Source: Eledone cirrhosa (taxonomy: Eukaryota). Taken from it: 64,000 nt of DNA. Every line of letters starts with the position of its first letter. Position 1 is the stretch's first letter. This document shows, one piece after another, positions 59,261 through 64,000 of the stretch. Below the pieces are notes generated by a model. The model saw only the letters and a program-made list of their open reading frames with translations. It made no database searches and had not been told where the DNA came from. Position numbers and translations under genes: made by a program. Location of the stretch: assembly GCA_964016885.1 (NCBI GenBank), contig OZ024742.1, positions 273,482,001-273,546,000 on the forward strand, in the 5' to 3' direction.

Positions 59261-62200
59261 CTATAGGCGCATGGTCAGAGTAGGCCCATTCACACGAGCC
59301 TTTCTCGCCACATTCACCCACCTTTTAGCAAATGTACTGGGGGGCAGCACTTCTCGCTCCACCCTCACCCTCCTTTCCAGGTGAAACTTGAAGAAGTTGA
59401 TGAGGGATTGGCCGAAGGGAAAAGTGTCTGTCTTTAGTCCTTTCAACCTGGTCCACCATATAATCTCTTTCGCAACTGCCACCAGACAGAGGAAAATGTC
59501 CTGCTCTTCCTGACCTAAGGAAGGTGGCGGCTCGATCTTCACTATGAACTCGGCCGATAGCCGGATTCGTTCCACACGCGAGAGTAGCTGTTCGACATAA
59601 CTCCACAAGTCAGTAATGCACGGACATTGGAAAAGTGCGTGCAGAACGGTTTCGTCGTTCTGTGCGCATCTTGGGCATCCGTCTGACAGCACTTCCGTGC
59701 CGGTAGAGTATATCCCGAACCGGCAGTGCCCCCCGGTAGCACTGCCAAGCGAGGGATTTCTGGAAATTGTCCATCGTCCCCGGCTCAAAAGTCCTCCGGT
59801 ACAGACTGGTCACTTCGACTTCGTCGAGGCCCAAAGCTTCTCCGAGTGCATCATCGCACTTGCCCACCACTAATCCTCTATAGAACTCGAGAGTAGAAGT
59901 ACCACTGATCGCATTGCCAGCTTGGTAGAGTGCAGTGAGTGCCTGGCAACATTCCAGGTGCCAGTCACCCAGTCTCGGTCTCTTCTTGACCCAGGACTGC
60001 AGCTCAGTCAAAGAAATGAGCTGCGGAAAGGCCCGTCTGATAAACGGCGACCACACCTGTTCACCATTGAGGCAGAATATCTGGAGATGTCGCAGCCTCA
60101 ACGCATGTCTGCGCATCATTAGCCATGGCATGCCCAGCCTTCCGCGTAGAGGGTGCTGGCAGCAGATGGACCGCCTCACCAACGGAACTTGTCCCCTCCA
60201 CAAGAATTTGAAGAGGAGCCGTACCAACTTGACGAGGCGCGGACGGGGGCAAGGCACGACGGTTAGGCGGTAGTAGATGACGGACGCGATGTACGCATAC
60301 GCCACCTCCGCGCGACCTTTCAGTGATAGCTTCCTCCCAGCCCATTTTTGGGTGAGACTGGCTACTCTGCTCGTTACCTCGTCCCAATTCTTTTCCACCT
60401 GGAGGTCTGGGCCGAACCAAACCCCAAGAAACTTTACTGGTCCGTCCGTCCAGCGCCCCACGACGCTGTTGGACGGCATGGGCTTGCCTCTCCAGGTTCC
60501 GAGCTGCAAACCCATCGACTTTTCCGGGTTAAGTTTGGCTCCTGTCAACCTTTCATATTCCTTCAATAAGGTGCCGACCACCTCGATTTCTGAGGTGTTC
60601 GACACCATCACGGTGATGTCGTCCGCATAAGCCGACACCGCCTTTCCACGTCCCGGTTCGAGCGGGATGCCCTGCAACAGCTCCAGCTTCCGCAGTAAAG
60701 GCTCGAGAGTCAATACGTACAGAAGGGAAGAGAGAGGGCCCCTTGACGGACCGATCGGGAGAGCCGAAATGGTTCCGAGAGGTGGCCATTAACTTTGACC
60801 ACCGAGCGTGTGCCGCTGTGCATTGCAACGATCCAGCTTCTAAAGACAGGGCCGAAGCCAGCTTCTTTGAGGACAAACTCCAGATACCGATGGTCGACCC
60901 TATCGAATGCTTTCGATTGATCTAAATTGATCAGTTCCCCACCGAAGCCAGGTTTACACCCTACGCTCTCTATGATGTATCGCATGAGGTGGAGATTGTC
61001 GTGTATCGACCTGGCTGGGATTGCGCAAGTTTGTGCCTCCCCAACCAAATCCTCGACGACAAGCGCCAATCTCTTTGCTAACACCTTGGCCAAATTCTTA
61101 AACTCTGTGTTGAGCAGAGTTATGGGCCTGAAATTGTCTAATGAATCCCTCTTGTTCTCGTTTTTCCTTATCAGCGTCACCACTCCCCTGCTCACAGAAC
61201 TGGGAATACTCACATTCTGCTGCCAGTTACAGTAGAGTCCTTGGAGGAGTTCGGAGAACAAGTCTGGCATATTTACGTAAAGCTCGTAGGGCAGGCCATC
61301 CAAACCGGGTGACTTGCGCCTCATGTAGCCGACAAGGGCGTCCTGAATTTCGGCTGAAGTAATCGGCCTTTCGCAGCGCTCAGCGTCGACCGTCGAGATG
61401 CGCGGCAAGCCGTCAAGGTAGGGACTGAAATCCGCTACTCTCTCTGACTCGCCACTCTCCCCGAACAACCGAGCAAAGTGCTGGCGAAAGGCCTCACACA
61501 TCCGCTTGGAATCGCTTATCTCGTGTCCATCTCGGTCCGCCAAAGACCGAATTGTGGTTTTATTACCACGCTGCGCCTCCGCCACGCGGGCCCATCGAAC
61601 AGCTTTAGTTCCCTCGTTTCTCAGCGCACGCGCCTTAGCTCTGACAATGCAACCTTCGTGTTTGGCATTGAAGAAATGGTCTAATGCCATTCTCGCCGCT
61701 TGCACGTCAGTTGCGATGCCACTACAAATAGCCTCGTCTAACTTATCTAACAGCTCCCCCTCCTTTCTATTTTTCTCTAACGCTAGTTCTTTGCTGAACT
61801 CTATCGAAGTTACTCTAATCTCTCTTTTGAGAGCCCCCCACCATCTGTTGTTGATGATCCCCCCTGTCAACTTTTGCTTAACTAACTTGTTGACTCGGTC
61901 CCTGTAAGCCTTACGTGCCGAAAATGACATGTTCAGCTTCCAGTAGCCCGCGCCTAACCTACGCGTTTTATTTAGGTCGACCGTACAGATCACACATTTG
62001 TGATCTGAATAGGCGACCGTTTTAAAAAGTGGACAGCCCACACTATTTCTATCTATTTTCCTAATGAAGATTATGTCTATATACGATCTAGATGACCCCA
62101 TTCGGTTGGTCCATGTCCATACTGGTACATTGGGGAAATATAGTCGATACCTGTCAGACAGTTGGAACTGGCTGAGTAGGTGCTTGAGGCTTTTGCACCC

Positions 62201-62686
62201 CCCCCCCCGGCTCCTATCGGCTACTCCCACACAATCCCAGCGTGCGTCTAATATGCCATTCCAGTCCCCCGCTAACAGTAAAGGGCGAGACGTACCCAGA
62301 AAGGTCTCCAGGCGCCTAAAGATGTCAGGTCGTCCGGCCCCTGCAGGGGCGTAGACGGCCAGCAGTCTAAAGGCACCACCTTCGCTACTGCTCACATCCA
62401 AGACCACCAACTTACCGTCCGGGTCCCGGAAGATCGACCTTACCTCGAGATCCAGTCCTTTCCTAAACAGCACTGCCACCCCACAGCCCATTCCCGGCCT
62501 GCTAACAGATGCGAAGATCTGATAGTCGTCGAAAATGGGGGCTAGTGCGCGCGTGTCGGAAATTTTGGTCTCGCTTACGGCAATCACATCCATTTCCAGC
62601 GACCGGAGGTCGTTGAGCAGGCGACCCTGCTTCCAGGGTGACACCAGGCCGCGAACAGTTAAACTTCCTACTCTTAATATGGCCAT
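59261..62686 (-). pseudogene. LINE ORF2 (AP endonuclease, reverse transcriptase, C-terminal Cys/His motif) split by two frameshifts (~60730, ~59700)
   Basis: ORFs 60710..62686 (658 aa: SETK, GDWN, SDH, KSPGLDGLP, FRPITLLN, SVRQG), 59610..60713 (AYADD) and 59261..59788 (CPRCAQNDETVLHALFQC). Confidence 0.95.
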
Positions 62687-62695
62687 ATTGGTAAG

Positions 62696-63998
62696 CTAAG
62701 AGAGAGAGAGAGAAGGTTTACTTACCTCCCGGGTCTTGTGAAGGTTGGGTGGTTCGACCTCCATGGTTGGAGGGGTTTCTTTTGGGAACCCCTTTAAAAG
62801 TCTTGATGTGGGTTTCACATTCGGGTTTCCCACGTCTTGAGGAAAGCTCTCTCGAATTTCTTTGAAGGAATTGAGTGACATTCGGACCAGAAGCAAATCT
62901 TCTGGCACGCAAAATGTGCTCATTTCAAAAATCTACCCCTCTGTTTGAATGTCCTCGCTTCGCGCTAAGAGGGCCATCAGTTTATCGTTGCAATTTTAGT
63001 TATTTGTGTGTTTATTTGTACTTGTGTTTGTTTAGGTTGTTTGCGTTTCGGGGATCGTGGAGGTGGTGTCGATGTTGCTGATGGTGCTGATGTTATTGGG
63101 GAAGTGTTTGCGTTAGTGGTGTCTGTATTTTTTGTTGTGTGTGTTTTTGTGTTTTGTTGGGGCTTTTTTTTTTGTGAGTTTTCTCTGTTTTTTTTGCACT
63201 TTTGGGTTTTCCTTCATCTTCGCTGCTGGAAGACAAAGGGTCTGTGTCGGCGAGTGTCTCTGTGTCTGTGTGTGCGTTTATTTTATTTTTTTTACTATGT
63301 GTATAATTGGGGGGGGGGGGGAGCTTTCCTCGTTTTCTCCTTGGATTGGTTTTGGTGTTGGTGGTGATCCGGCTGCTTTTGATGTTGGTGTCCGTGTTTT
63401 TGTTGATGTTTTTGGTGGTGGTGGTGGTGCAGCTTTCCGTGCTGACACTGGCGCTGGCAACAAAGGGGTCTGCGACTCCTGCATTTTTGCGCTGGGGGCA
63501 GAAGGCTTGAAGATGCGTTGCTTCCCCGCAAACGAAGCAGCGTGGCCTTCTTCCGTCAATAATAAGTTGGATTGTTGTCCCGTCCTGCAGGCGGGCAAAA
63601 TCTGGGATGTTATTCATATCCTCCGGTTTCATTTGGAGAAGAATCTCCAAATCCATTCCGGACCAGTCCTCTCTCTCTGTCCTTTTGATGTCCAGGAGGG
63701 TGGTGTCTGTTCCCTCCTCGATTACGCATCCCAGCAGCCACCATATGTTCATTCCTTGTGGGATGCTGGGAATGCGTACCTTCACTGTCCTTTTACCCAT
63801 ATAGGACGGATGCATGATAATGCGTTCCGTTCTGCAGGGGGTCACCGAGTGCTTAATAGCGAGGGCCTCGGTCTTGATCAGTACCGAGATGGTACCTAAC
63901 TGTTTGCCTCTTGCTTTGTACTCTATGTTACTTCCGATGTACTCCAAAGCAGCCTCTACCTCTGCTTGGCTCGCAAATTCCACTTTCCGTGTCTGCAC
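62696..63998 (-). pseudogene. LINE ORF1 (gag-like, CCHC zinc knuckle), partial and disrupted
   Basis: ORF 63093..63998 has IDGRRPRCFVCGEATHLQAFC; C-terminal remnant at 62696..62923 abuts the ORF2 ATG. Confidence 0.88.
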
Positions 63999-64000
63999 CG

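Larger units (their letters stand above)
58983..64000 (-). mobile_element. L1/Tx1-type LINE copy E, best preserved; runs off the window at its 5' end
   Basis: ORF1, ORF2 and 3' UTR in order, ending in (ATT)n. Confidence 0.96.

Noticed and set aside
44259-63899. Long antisense or alternate-frame ORFs within LINE copies (e.g. 55879..56553, 55988..56587, 63132..63899)
   Set aside because: Expected shadows of GC-rich or low-complexity coding sequence; no independent motifs.

Overview
Gene-free, AT-rich eukaryotic repeat landscape, most likely from an octopus or other cephalopod (recognised from two tRNA-derived SINE types and very dense (TA)n/(TG)n microsatellites). No host gene, rRNA, tRNA gene or CRISPR array is supported. 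The window is zoned. From 1 to 31.4 kb it holds decayed Penelope-like retroelements (PLEs; RT plus C-terminal GIY-YIG) of several families, many in inverted or partial-tandem arrangements and flanked by (TA)n. From 31.6 to 37.6 kb it holds SINEs, a hAT MITE and two dead hAT transposons. From 44.2 to 64 kb it is a head-to-tail/inverted array of L1/Tx1-type LINEs joined through (ATT)n tracts. The main hidden signal, found by folding by eye, is more than 20 type I hammerhead ribozyme (HHR) motifs in the first 44 kb. Many have non-canonical cores (U3:A8, U3:G8, A4), a mismatched first pair of stem II, or long stem II/III insertions. Five apparently unrelated non-coding elements with 503-610 nt monomers, each a partial tandem carrying such a ribozyme and abutting (TA)n, look like a set of retrozyme-like (possibly circular-RNA) parasites of the neighbouring PLEs. 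All RNA structures are manual predictions and have not been tested.
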